Part shown: piece after piece, positions 21,095-30,237 of the stretch | Numbering within the stretch: position 1 is the stretch's first letter | Layout of the letters: each line of letters begins with the position of its first letter | Source: Steroidobacteraceae bacterium | GTDB taxonomy: Bacteria; Pseudomonadota; Gammaproteobacteria; Steroidobacterales; Steroidobacteraceae | Assembly: GCA_050012215.1 (NCBI GenBank) | Contig: JBEKHO010000017.1 | Location: 13,888 to 77,887, forward strand | DNA: 64,000 nucleotides | Direction: 5' to 3' | Notes under the pieces: generated by a model | Database searches by the model: none | What the model was told of the DNA's origin: nothing | What the model saw: the letters and a program-made list of their open reading frames with translations, nothing else | Translations under genes and position numbers: made by a program

Positions 21095-23419
21095 TCAATG
21101 CGGCGCGGGGGCCGGCTTTGCCGCCGCAGCGTGCTCGTGCGGCGCCGCTTCCGTACTGACCGGAATCTCGATATAGCTGTCGTTGTACCAGCGCACCTTG
21201 ATTGGCGTGTTGCCGTCGTCGATCGACTCCTCGCTCACGTCGTTGCCGGTGCCGTAGTTGATCTCCCGATCCGGGCGCTTGCTCACGCGCAGCACGATCA
21301 CCAGACGGCTGCCTGCCTCGAGCCGGCGGCTGGTCATGCGCTCGCCGACGAATGCCAATTTCTGCCGCTCCCCCGCTCTCAGCAGATGGCGGTGCACACG
21401 GTCGGCCGCATAACTCAAACGCAGCTCATCCGCCGGATTGAACAAGCGCACATAATCACCGGCCGCCGTCAACGCATAGGCGGCAATATCGATGTCCATA
21501 TCCATCTTGTTCACTGAAAAATCCAACCGCCCCGACAGCAGGCCATTGAAGTCCGTCGGGGTCTTGAACGAGTTGCTCACGAACGTCACGGAGTTGTGCG
21601 TGACGAGATTTCGTGTGATGAGGTCGCTCGGCGGCAGCCATGCTGCATCGCTGCGGTCCGTGAGGCTCACGGTCTGAGCGACCGCGGCGGCCTTCGCGCT
21701 CTTGCGCCTGATGAGCCGGCGTCCTTCGGCCGCGCCGGCCGCACCGGCGCTCAAATAGAATTTGAGCGATGCGTCGGCCATGGCCCGCAGCGACGACACA
21801 TGGCGCCACTCATTTGCGCCCATGATCTCGAAATTGACCCGGTCTTGGAGTTCGGCCGGGACCGCGCCGCCCTTCATTGCATGGTCGAGCCACTGATATC
21901 GCAGCTCGCGCAAATCGAGAAGCGCAGCCGCGTCCACGTCGTAGCCGCGCACCGAGGCGGACGCCCCGCGCTGCATGGCTTGATCGTCGTACGGTCCGAT
22001 GAGCAAGGTATGGTCCGCACGAGGGTTGTAGCGATGATGCTCCGTGAAATAGTAGAGCGCGGCGGGCTCTGCGGCGGCGAAATAACCGGTCATCGTGAGC
22101 ACGGGAAAGTCGACGCGGGCGAATTGACGCTGATACGGGATCATGCTCTGCCAAAACCGGTCGTAGCTCGGATGGTTCAACCAGCGGATGAAGATCGGGT
22201 TGGGCCGGCCATGGATCGTCCCCAGATCCCGATAGCGCCGTCCGCTTCGATACCATTTCTCGTCGAGCGCGCGCCAAACGGCATCGTCGCCGAAACTTGG
22301 ATCGACCTCCTCCCGGGTGTGGGTGACTTCCAGAGACCAGCGGTACCCCGAATTCTGAAAGACGCTGCCGGACATCGGCATATCGATGCCGGGCGCGGTC
22401 GGATCCGAGACTGCGATGGCCTTGAGCGCGGGCGGCATGCGCCCCGCCGCCGCCCAGGCCGTGAATCCGCTGTACCCCTCGCCGTACATCGCCACCCGCC
22501 CGTCGCTCCAGCCCTGCTTGGCGATCCAGTCGATGAGTGCCCGCGCCACCTCACCGTCGTGCTGATACGGAACGAAAGCGGCGGTTCCTGCCGCTGCGCG
22601 GCGCATGTCCGCGAACACGCCCACGTAGCCATGCGCTGCGCTCTCCTTGGCGGACACCGTAGGTCGATCGATGCCGAGCTCGAGCAGCGCGGGAAGCGCG
22701 GTGGAGGCGCCCTGCGGGCGAATCACGGTTGCGGCGATGCTGCCGCGCCCGGGCACCTTGATGCTGACCTCGCCCTCCGCATAGCGTTTCGCCTCATCCA
22801 CCGAGTTGAGCGGTCCCGCCAAAGGGGCCGATCCGCGGTAGGCCTCGAAGTACGCGTAGGCGGACAGCAGCGTCTCGGCCTCCTGCTGATTGATGATGTC
22901 CTTGGAGCGTTGCTCGTCGAGCAACCGCTGGAAATTCTCCTGAAACTCCTGGGCAGGAGCGGCGAGCCAGCCCGAGAGCATGAAGGCATCATGATCGTTG
23001 AGCTTGGAAAATACCTCTTGATACGCCATGTCGAACGCCTCGGAGAACGGCACGCGCCGTTGCGCCTCGATGGCCTTGGTGCGGACATAGATATCCAGCA
23101 CCCTGCCGCGCCCGACCGGGCGGCCCGAATCCGCGCGCCGGCGGCGCTCGTGCAGGGATTCCCGCGACTCGATCGCAGCGGAATAGTCGGCCGCCGCCAA
23201 TTGCAGCACCGATAGGTTCGCGAGATATCGATCTGGATCGGAGTCCTGATAAACGGGCAGCAGCCGCTCTGCCAGATCGCGCATGACCGCCGGCGTCTTT
23301 GCATCGACGGCCGAGAGCGGGGCGTGGAAGTCGAAGCTCTGAGCACCGCTCAACCGCGGCAACGCGACTGCGAACGCCGACACCAACACGAGACCCGCGA
23401 GGCGGCGGCCGAGCATCAT
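21095..23419 (-). CDS. secreted CocE/NonD (S15 X-Pro dipeptidyl-peptidase) fold protein with substituted catalytic triad and ~210-aa N-terminal helical extension
   Basis: Signal peptide MMLGRRLAGLVLVSAFAVALPRLSGAQS. It aligns by eye with Rhodococcus CocE around GYVGVFADMR...VAMYGEGYSGFTAWAAA...LKAIAV, TMTGYFAAA, LLIGPYDDQ and a C-terminal jelly-roll (FEIMGANEWRH). Confidence 0.8.
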   Translation of the reverse strand: MMLGRRLAGLVLVSAFAVALPRLSGAQSFDFHAPLSAVDAKTPAVMRDLAERLLPVYQDSDPDRYLANLSVLQLAAADYSAAIESRESLHERRRRADSGRPVGRGRVLDIYVRTKAIEAQRRVPFSEAFDMAYQEVFSKLNDHDAFMLSGWLAAPAQEFQENFQRLLDEQRSKDIINQQEAETLLSAYAYFEAYRGSAPLAGPLNSVDEAKRYAEGEVSIKVPGRGSIAATVIRPQGASTALPALLELGIDRPTVSAKESAAHGYVGVFADMRRAAAGTAAFVPYQHDGEVARALIDWIAKQGWSDGRVAMYGEGYSGFTAWAAAGRMPPALKAIAVSDPTAPGIDMPMSGSVFQNSGYRWSLEVTHTREEVDPSFGDDAVWRALDEKWYRSGRRYRDLGTIHGRPNPIFIRWLNHPSYDRFWQSMIPYQRQFARVDFPVLTMTGYFAAAEPAALYYFTEHHRYNPRADHTLLIGPYDDQAMQRGASASVRGYDVDAAALLDLRELRYQWLDHAMKGGAVPAELQDRVNFEIMGANEWRHVSSLRAMADASLKFYLSAGAAGAAEGRRLIRRKSAKAAAVAQTVSLTDRSDAAWLPPSDLITRNLVTHNSVTFVSNSFKTPTDFNGLLSGRLDFSVNKMDMDIDIAAYALTAAGDYVRLFNPADELRLSYAADRVHRHLLRAGERQKLAFVGERMTSRRLEAGSRLVIVLRVSKRPDREINYGTGNDVSEESIDDGNTPIKVRWYNDSYIEIPVSTEAAPHEHAAAAKPAPAPH

Positions 23420-25278
23420 CGGCGTCCCCGCGGCGTGCGCTTCCCGCCGGCGCCGGGCTGGGACGAAGCGGCTGGAACCGCCGGCGCGCGCGCCATCGCG
23501 TCGGGCCGCCCGGACTTGACGAGGTGAAGGACCGTCGAGAACAACGGGTGCGCCTCGCCCGGGCCGCCGATGTGAATGACACCCGTGTCCTTCAATTCCC
23601 CGTCGAACACGCTCGAGATGATCTCGAGCACGTCATCGTCGAGCGACCCGAACGTGCCGTCGATCAGCACCCAGGGCGGCGACTGAATCAGGATGCGCGC
23701 GAACACCAGGCACAGCTGCTCGTCCTGACTCAGCACCCGATCCCACCGATGGGTCTCATCGAGCATCAGCGCCAACCGCTCCACGCCCAGCCGGTAGAGC
23801 GCCCGCGTGTAGGAGTTGCCGCTGAAGCTCTCCGGCTTCAATGGATAGGCGAGCACCTCGCGCAGCGTGCCGCGCGGAAGATACGGCGTGCCGCGCGGCA
23901 GGTAAAAGATCTGTTCCCCGCGCGGGCGCGTGATTTCTCCGGAGCCCCACGGCCAAAGCCCCGCGAGCGCCCGGAACAACTGCGTCTTGCCGGTTCCCGG
24001 TGCGCCCAGAATGAGCACGCGTGCGCCCGCACCGATCACCGCTTGCGTCTCCTTGAGCCGGTCGGCATTGGCCTCCGAAACGATTTCCAGATTGGAGATC
24101 GCGATGACCCCGGGCTCGCCTTCCGTATAGGTGATCCGGCTTTCGAAACCTTGCGGCTCGTGCAGCGACACGAGCGCATGACGGAAGGTTGCGACGCGGA
24201 ACAACGTGGCGCGCCAATCGGCGATCGAGCTGAAGTTGTCGATGAACCAGCGGAGCGAGGACTGCGCCTGCGTGAACGCGCCGGCCGCCATCATCAAACC
24301 GCCGAACGAAATCTTGCCCATGAAGTACAGCGGCGCCGCCACCAGGATCGGAGCGACGTTCGTGATCCAGCCGAAGCCGGCGGTCACCCAGGTGAGATGG
24401 GTATGACCCCAGATGATGCGGCGGGTGGCGGCGAGCACGTCGCCCAGGTTGCGCTCCATGCGGCGCTTTTCATCCCCTTCGCCCTGTGCCAGCGCGATGG
24501 CATCCACGTGCTCGTTTGCCCGGACCAGCGAGAAGCGAAAATCCGCCTCACGCGCGTACCGCTCGGCGTTGCGATTCACCAGCCCCCGGCCCACCCAGTA
24601 GCTCATCAACGAACCGGCGCTCGCATAGATGATGGCTGCCCAGACCATGAAGCCGGGAATGGCGTAATCCTGATCTCCAATGCGGAAGCTGAATGCGCTC
24701 GACAGCCCCCACAGGACGCCTGCAAACGTGCCGAACAGGATCGACGACTGAAGCAGCCCGATTCCCAGATCGGCGGACAGCTGCGTGAGATGGCGCGCAT
24801 CTTCGTGCATCCGCTGGTCCGGGTTGACACCGATCGCTCCGGCGTTCGCCAGCCAGAATGCGCGCCGCGGCTTCATCCAATCGTCGATCAGACTGTGCAC
24901 CAATCCTTCGCGGAGCTTCAACTCGAGGGTCTCGTTGAGCCAACGCTGCACGACATTCAAGATCAGCAGGCAGCAGGCGATCAGAAAAAAAACACCGAGC
25001 TGGTAGAGAAACTCGCGCAAATCGCGTCGTGATAGAGCGTCGAAGAAGGGCTTGTTCCAGCGATTGAGGCGGATTTGGCCGTACGATGTGGCAGCCACGA
25101 TGAGCACGGTCACGATCATCAGCACCATGAGCGGCTTGCCGGCGCGTGAGGCAAAGATCGCGCGCGTCAGCATGCGGACCTGGGCCGTGAGGCCGGTCGG
25201 CGCCGTGTCGGCCTCCGAATCGGAGCGGGGGACGTTGGAAGAGCGATCAGTCACGGTGCCGGGCGCCTCGCCACACAT
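23416..25278 (-). CDS. ABC half-transporter of the SbmA/BacA/ABCD (ABC_membrane_2) type with degenerate nucleotide-binding domain
   Basis: 620 aa. The TMD begins ...LNRWNKPFFDALSRRDLREF, as in YddA/ABCD-type proteins. Walker A is GAPGTGKT. Q-loop, signature, Walker B and H-loop positions deviate (see findings). ATGA overlap with the downstream CocE-like gene. Confidence 0.8.
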   Translation of the reverse strand: MCGEAPGTVTDRSSNVPRSDSEADTAPTGLTAQVRMLTRAIFASRAGKPLMVLMIVTVLIVAATSYGQIRLNRWNKPFFDALSRRDLREFLYQLGVFFLIACCLLILNVVQRWLNETLELKLREGLVHSLIDDWMKPRRAFWLANAGAIGVNPDQRMHEDARHLTQLSADLGIGLLQSSILFGTFAGVLWGLSSAFSFRIGDQDYAIPGFMVWAAIIYASAGSLMSYWVGRGLVNRNAERYAREADFRFSLVRANEHVDAIALAQGEGDEKRRMERNLGDVLAATRRIIWGHTHLTWVTAGFGWITNVAPILVAAPLYFMGKISFGGLMMAAGAFTQAQSSLRWFIDNFSSIADWRATLFRVATFRHALVSLHEPQGFESRITYTEGEPGVIAISNLEIVSEANADRLKETQAVIGAGARVLILGAPGTGKTQLFRALAGLWPWGSGEITRPRGEQIFYLPRGTPYLPRGTLREVLAYPLKPESFSGNSYTRALYRLGVERLALMLDETHRWDRVLSQDEQLCLVFARILIQSPPWVLIDGTFGSLDDDVLEIISSVFDGELKDTGVIHIGGPGEAHPLFSTVLHLVKSGRPDAMARAPAVPAASSQPGAGGKRTPRGRR

Positions 25279-25300
25279 CGATGGACCAGGATACCAGTCC

Positions 25301-28288
25301 TCAGTACGCGATGCAGAGAACCTCGGCGGGAGTCGAAGGCACGGCCACCGAGTCGCCGTCGATCCGCGCCGGCGCTCCGCCGACTCTCGCCTCGCGCAGC
25401 GCAGCTGCGAGCGGTGGCTTCACGATGATCCGGCAGTCCACGCCGGAGGCAATATCGAAGCGCACCGTGCGAGCGTCGATCCGCCGCACGGTATAGCTGA
25501 GCGCGCCATAAAGTGTCGGCATCGCACGCACATGCACGCCGTCGCCCTCGATCCATTCCGGTGCCACTCCCGCCGCCAATACCAGCGCGCGGTCGGCTTC
25601 CCGCTCGTAAGCGAACAGGCTCCGAATCGCGAGAACGTACTCGGCAGAAATCCAGGTGTGCGGGAGATCGCCGACGTGCGCGGGCGCCTTGCGATCGCGC
25701 CACGCGATTTCCGGCCATTGATTCCAGGCCCGCGGACGCCTGTCGGCCAGGAAGAAGCGCAACAATTCGAGCGCCGCGCTGCGGTGCCCGAGCCGGACCA
25801 GCGCTCCGATGATGCGGATCTCGTAGGGAGTGTAGTTGGGCGAGGTTGCGTCATCGGAGCGCTTGGAGCGCCAATCCGCAAGATACTTGTCGAAGGTACG
25901 CTCGACGGCCGCTCGATCGAGACCTTGCGGTACATCCAACAGGTAAATTGCATTCGCGGTGGCCGTGGGATCGAAATCCGCCCACTCGACGCTACCGGGA
26001 ACAAAGTCGAGGTTGTGGGCCGCGCGGGTCGCCGCGACCGAGGCGAACAATCCCGTCCCCACCCGCTCGGCGAGCATCTGCGAGCGCCGCGCGAGATCAT
26101 CGGCGCGCCGGGCGTCCACACGTCCGCCATCCGCCGCGAGAATTCGAGCGAGGTCTGCCGCGTCGGTGAGGCCGCGAAGCGCCCAAAAGTCGTCCCAGTA
26201 CGAATGAACCGGCTGCGCGAGATAGCCTTCGTGGCTCACGGAAATCGGCAGCAGCCCGTCGCCTTCCAAGAGGCCGTCAATGCACTGCACCGCCTTCTGG
26301 ATGAAAGGCCACGCCTCGTCGAGAAACTGCCGATCACCGGTGAACCGGTAATAATCGGCGATCAATGCGAGAAGCTGACCGTGGCTGTCGTGCTCCACCA
26401 GCCAATCGGGGCCCTCCCGGTCCACGCAGCACGGTACGAAGCCATCGTCGCGCTGATGCGGCGCGTACCAGCGGATGAACTCGAGCACCTCGCGTGCATG
26501 TCCCATTCGAAGCAGCGCCGCGCTCATCATGGCCCCATCTCGAATCCACGAGCGCGTATATCGCCTCGGACCCGGCTGCAGCGCGGGCCCCGATCGGGTG
26601 ATCAAGATATGCGCCGTCGCAGTGAGCGCCGCGTCGATGGCCTCGCCCGCCCAACCGCTCCCCGACCACTGATCCGTGCGCATCCGCGACTTCCAGTCGA
26701 ATGCCGGCAGGCCCGCCGGGCTGGCCTGTGCGGCGGGCCGCGAGCGCAGGGTCCGATCGCAGGAGGCGCCCGGCTGCAATGCGAGGTCGAATTCGAATGC
26801 GCCCGTCGCAAAGCCGAAGTCGTCGCGTATCGACCCGGCCGTCGGCAGTGCGCCGACGCGAAGCCTCGAGGCGACGAATCCGTCGTCGAACGACAGTGCG
26901 CCGAAGCGGACGCTCCCATCGGCCCTCACGGCGAGGCTTCTGTTCACCCGCAGCACCCCCTCTTGCCATTCAAGATCGTGAACGCGGCTGACCCCGCCCA
27001 CATCGCGAAAACTTTGCCAGGGAGGCGTGACCTGGAACGGACGCACAATGACGTACAGGGCTGCCTCCAACGGCGCCCCGGTTCTGTTGTCGACGCGATA
27101 GCGCACCCGCACCTCGCCATCCTCGGCGGCTTGCGCGATCACGGTGAGGCGCCATTGTTCGGTCTCCCACAGCACCGCGGGGACGGGCACCCAGCGATCC
27201 TCGAGCGCGGGGCACGGCTCGAAATCCGCCCAGGTGAAAAGCCTCGGACCGATTCGCAACATGGGCTCGAGCGAGAACGACGCTTCGGCCACTTCCACCA
27301 TGCCATCGCTGTTCATCAGCGCGCACTCGGTTCCGTTCGATCGGCCGATCGGCGTCCATTCGCTTTGCTCGCGATGCAACCAGCGCGGATGCCAACCTCG
27401 CTCCTCGCCTTTCGCGACCGCATACCAAAACGCCTCGATGGAGCGCGAGAACTCGAACGGTTGAACGCGCAGTGTCGCACCTGCGCAAGGACTCGACAGC
27501 TCCAGGCGCAGGAATCGCGTCTTGAGGTCCGGTAGATATACGTAGCTGCGCGCACCTCCCGCCTGCGCGGCGACGTGCACGACTTCCCACCGCTTGCTGG
27601 TGTTCGATGCGCAAATTCGGAATCCCGTGGACGGCGCGCCGTCAGGCCAGTCGATGATGAGGCCGCCGATCCGGCGCGGCAGCGCGCAATCGACCACGAT
27701 CCAAGGCCGCCGATCGCCGGGATCGGGTTTCCAGCCCTGCCCGGTAAGCGCCGCATCGGCCCCAAATCCGGGCCGCTCGCTGGAAGCGCTCGCCGTCGGC
27801 GCCCGGTCCGGTGTCAAATCCTCGATCTCGAGATCCGCGATCCAGAGCGAGCCGCGGCCACCCTCACCGGCCACGATGGCGATTTCGACGAATCCCAGTT
27901 CCGTGAGCGCACTGCCGCTCGCGGGACCCCAGGCAAACTCGATCTCGCGGCTCTCGATGGTCCACCGTCGCCAGCGTGCGGGTGGACTCTGGTTTTTGGC
28001 GACGTGACGCCAAACGTTGCGGCCCGTGGCGTCGAGCAGCTTTATCTCGAGATCATTGGGCGGCCCGTGTCCGCGCACGCGCAGGTGCACGGCGTACTCG
28101 TTCGGCATGGGGCGGGGGCAGCTGCGCCTCGCGACCGCAAACCCCTTGCCGCCCTTGAAATCGAAATTGAGACGTAGCGCCGAGGTCTTTCCGGAGGGAA
28201 CGACGGACACCTCGAGGGTGGCGTTGCCGGACACGGTCGGCTGCCACGCCGACAACGGAATCGGGTCGCGCGCGCGCGCCGGCGACAT
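25301..28288 (-). CDS. large leaderless protein: N-terminal beta-sandwich + F5/8 type C (discoidin) domain + (alpha/alpha)6 glycoside-hydrolase-like (GH15-like) region
   Basis: 995 aa. Discoidin-like segment PWIVVDCALPRRIGGLIIDW...KTRFLRLEL. Later RYTRSWIRDGAMMSAALLRMG and SYWDDFWALRG resemble six-hairpin glycosidases. No signal peptide. The start overlaps the GGDEF stop by 1 nt (TGATG). Confidence 0.6.
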   Translation of the reverse strand: MSPARARDPIPLSAWQPTVSGNATLEVSVVPSGKTSALRLNFDFKGGKGFAVARRSCPRPMPNEYAVHLRVRGHGPPNDLEIKLLDATGRNVWRHVAKNQSPPARWRRWTIESREIEFAWGPASGSALTELGFVEIAIVAGEGGRGSLWIADLEIEDLTPDRAPTASASSERPGFGADAALTGQGWKPDPGDRRPWIVVDCALPRRIGGLIIDWPDGAPSTGFRICASNTSKRWEVVHVAAQAGGARSYVYLPDLKTRFLRLELSSPCAGATLRVQPFEFSRSIEAFWYAVAKGEERGWHPRWLHREQSEWTPIGRSNGTECALMNSDGMVEVAEASFSLEPMLRIGPRLFTWADFEPCPALEDRWVPVPAVLWETEQWRLTVIAQAAEDGEVRVRYRVDNRTGAPLEAALYVIVRPFQVTPPWQSFRDVGGVSRVHDLEWQEGVLRVNRSLAVRADGSVRFGALSFDDGFVASRLRVGALPTAGSIRDDFGFATGAFEFDLALQPGASCDRTLRSRPAAQASPAGLPAFDWKSRMRTDQWSGSGWAGEAIDAALTATAHILITRSGPALQPGPRRYTRSWIRDGAMMSAALLRMGHAREVLEFIRWYAPHQRDDGFVPCCVDREGPDWLVEHDSHGQLLALIADYYRFTGDRQFLDEAWPFIQKAVQCIDGLLEGDGLLPISVSHEGYLAQPVHSYWDDFWALRGLTDAADLARILAADGGRVDARRADDLARRSQMLAERVGTGLFASVAATRAAHNLDFVPGSVEWADFDPTATANAIYLLDVPQGLDRAAVERTFDKYLADWRSKRSDDATSPNYTPYEIRIIGALVRLGHRSAALELLRFFLADRRPRAWNQWPEIAWRDRKAPAHVGDLPHTWISAEYVLAIRSLFAYEREADRALVLAAGVAPEWIEGDGVHVRAMPTLYGALSYTVRRIDARTVRFDIASGVDCRIIVKPPLAAALREARVGGAPARIDGDSVAVPSTPAEVLCIAY

Positions 28289-30237
28289 CAGGCGGCGGCG
28301 CCCATGTCCACCAGCCGGACCCGCTCGTCGGCCGCGGCGGACTCGAACTCCTCGCAGATCACGGTCAAATCATCCTTGTCCTGCGCGACCACCGCACTGA
28401 TCAAGCAGGCGCGATTCCGGCCGCGGCGCTTCGCCTCGTAAAGCGCCTTGTCGGTGAGGCTGATCGCGCTGTCGAGCGAGATCTCCGTATCCGCCCCCGG
28501 CATCGGAAAGCACGCGTAGCCGATCGAAATCGTGCACCGGATGGCCTGGCCGTTCCAGAGCACCGGATCGCGGCGCACCGCCTGAAGGAGCCTCTCGACC
28601 GTCCGGTCCGCCTGTTCGGGCGTGATCGGATCGAGCACGGCCAGGAATTCCTCACCGCCCCAGCGCACCAGCTTATCGGTCTCGCGCAACGCCGCGGACA
28701 GACGGTGGCTCACGGTGGCGAGCACGGCGTCTCCGGCCGGATGTCCCAACGTATCGTTGATCCGCTTGAAATGGTCCAGATCCGCGAGCAGCACGCAACC
28801 TCCGACCGGCCGGCCGCCGTCGACGCTCAGTACGTGCTCGTTAAAATAACGGCGATTGCGCAGGCCCGTCAATGCATCGCGTTCGCTGTTGAAGCGCAGA
28901 CGATCGTTCGCGCGCCGCACGCGTGCGAACGCCCAGGCGAGCGCCGCACAGATGAAGGTCACGAAGCCCGCCGCTGCCATGATCAGTTGTTGTTTCAGCC
29001 GTTGGCCACGCATTTCCGAGGCTTTGAGTGCGTTGTCCCGCCGCAGCAGCTCGAGCTCGCGGGCGCGCCTCTCGTCGTCGAACTTGGCCGAGAGCTCGAG
29101 GAATGCGCGTTGGCGCGTGCCGGTCATGATTTTCTCGCCCACTGCATCGTATTGATGATAGGCCTGAATCGCCATCATCAGATAGCCTGCGTGTTCGAGC
29201 GCGTCGGCGTACTCGCGCAGATCCTCCTTGGCGTCGAGGAGATTGTCGCCCTTGACCGCGTTGTCTATCGAGGCTTCGGCGAGCTTCTCACCCTCCTTGA
29301 TGTTGCCGAGACCGATGTATGCCAATCCCTCGTTGAACAGCACGATGCTCTCGTCGCCGCTGCCGCGCATCTGGGACACCAATGGCAGCGACTGTTTCGA
29401 GTACTTGAGAGACTCGGCGTAGTCGCGCGTCTTGAGATAGGAATCGCCGAGATTCAGGTAGGCATGTGCGAGCCACTTGGTGCTGTCCGAGCGCGTGGCA
29501 TGCTCGAGCGCCGCAAGACTGGCGCGCCGCTCCGCCGGCCGGTCACCCTGACGGTCCGCGATGTCCGATGCGCGCACTTCCACCTCGGTCAGCGCCGCCT
29601 CATCGCCGATCGCGGACGCCAGGCGTCGCGCGCTCTCGAGCTGGTCGGACGCGCGATCGTAGTTGCCGGTATCTGTGTAGATGAGCGTGAGCCAGAGCAT
29701 CGCATGGATGCTGCGCTGATCGTCGTGCATGTCGCGGGCCAGGTCCAGGGACTCTTCGAGAAACGGCAGTGCCGCCTCAGCCTGTCCCAGGGTCCGCAAG
29801 GTATTGCCCCGAAGTATCGACACACGATAGCGCTCCGCGTCGGAGTCGATGGCCGTCATGTCGATCTGGTTGAGTTCCTCGCGAGCCGCCGCGGATTGCG
29901 CGTGCTCGTAGTGGGAATAGGCGCGCACGTAATGCTCGGCCAGAACGGCCGACTGATCCCCGTCCTCCGCGATCGCCTTCAACCGTGCAATCGTCGCATC
30001 GACATCCGCATCACGGCGGGTGTCGGCGTAGACCATCGCGCGGACCTCCAGGAACTGCACTTCGGAGGCGCGCCCTTTCGCGAGGGACGGCGAGTCGATG
30101 ATTTTCTCCGCGCGCGCGGGATCCGACCAATCGAGCATCTCGATTCGATCAGAAAAGGACAGATCTGCCGCCCCCACAGTCGTGGTGGCAGTCCATGCCA
30201 ACAGCCCCATCAAGGCCCATTTTCTAGAAAGGCGCAT
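28288..30237 (-). CDS. diguanylate cyclase with periplasmic TPR sensor region (signal peptide, TM, GGDEF)
   Basis: ATG at 30237 lies 5 nt after an AGGTGG RBS (a GTG at 30246 is also possible). TPR-like repeats, a coiled coil, one TM (LIMAAAGFVTFICAALAWAF), an active-site RWGGEEF and an I-site RETD five residues upstream. Confidence 0.85.
   Translation of the reverse strand: MRLSRKWALMGLLAWTATTTVGAADLSFSDRIEMLDWSDPARAEKIIDSPSLAKGRASEVQFLEVRAMVYADTRRDADVDATIARLKAIAEDGDQSAVLAEHYVRAYSHYEHAQSAAAREELNQIDMTAIDSDAERYRVSILRGNTLRTLGQAEAALPFLEESLDLARDMHDDQRSIHAMLWLTLIYTDTGNYDRASDQLESARRLASAIGDEAALTEVEVRASDIADRQGDRPAERRASLAALEHATRSDSTKWLAHAYLNLGDSYLKTRDYAESLKYSKQSLPLVSQMRGSGDESIVLFNEGLAYIGLGNIKEGEKLAEASIDNAVKGDNLLDAKEDLREYADALEHAGYLMMAIQAYHQYDAVGEKIMTGTRQRAFLELSAKFDDERRARELELLRRDNALKASEMRGQRLKQQLIMAAAGFVTFICAALAWAFARVRRANDRLRFNSERDALTGLRNRRYFNEHVLSVDGGRPVGGCVLLADLDHFKRINDTLGHPAGDAVLATVSHRLSAALRETDKLVRWGGEEFLAVLDPITPEQADRTVERLLQAVRRDPVLWNGQAIRCTISIGYACFPMPGADTEISLDSAISLTDKALYEAKRRGRNRACLISAVVAQDKDDLTVICEEFESAAADERVRLVDMGAAA

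Noticed and set aside
23299-25032. 577-aa plus-strand ORF antisense to the ABC transporter gene
   Set aside because: Arg/His/Asp-rich with no motif. The minus strand has TM helices and a Walker A motif.
25052-27535. 827-aa ORF antisense to the discoidin/glycosidase-like gene and the ABC gene start
   Set aside because: Same reasoning: Arg/Pro-rich, no motifs. It also spans a gene boundary on the other strand.
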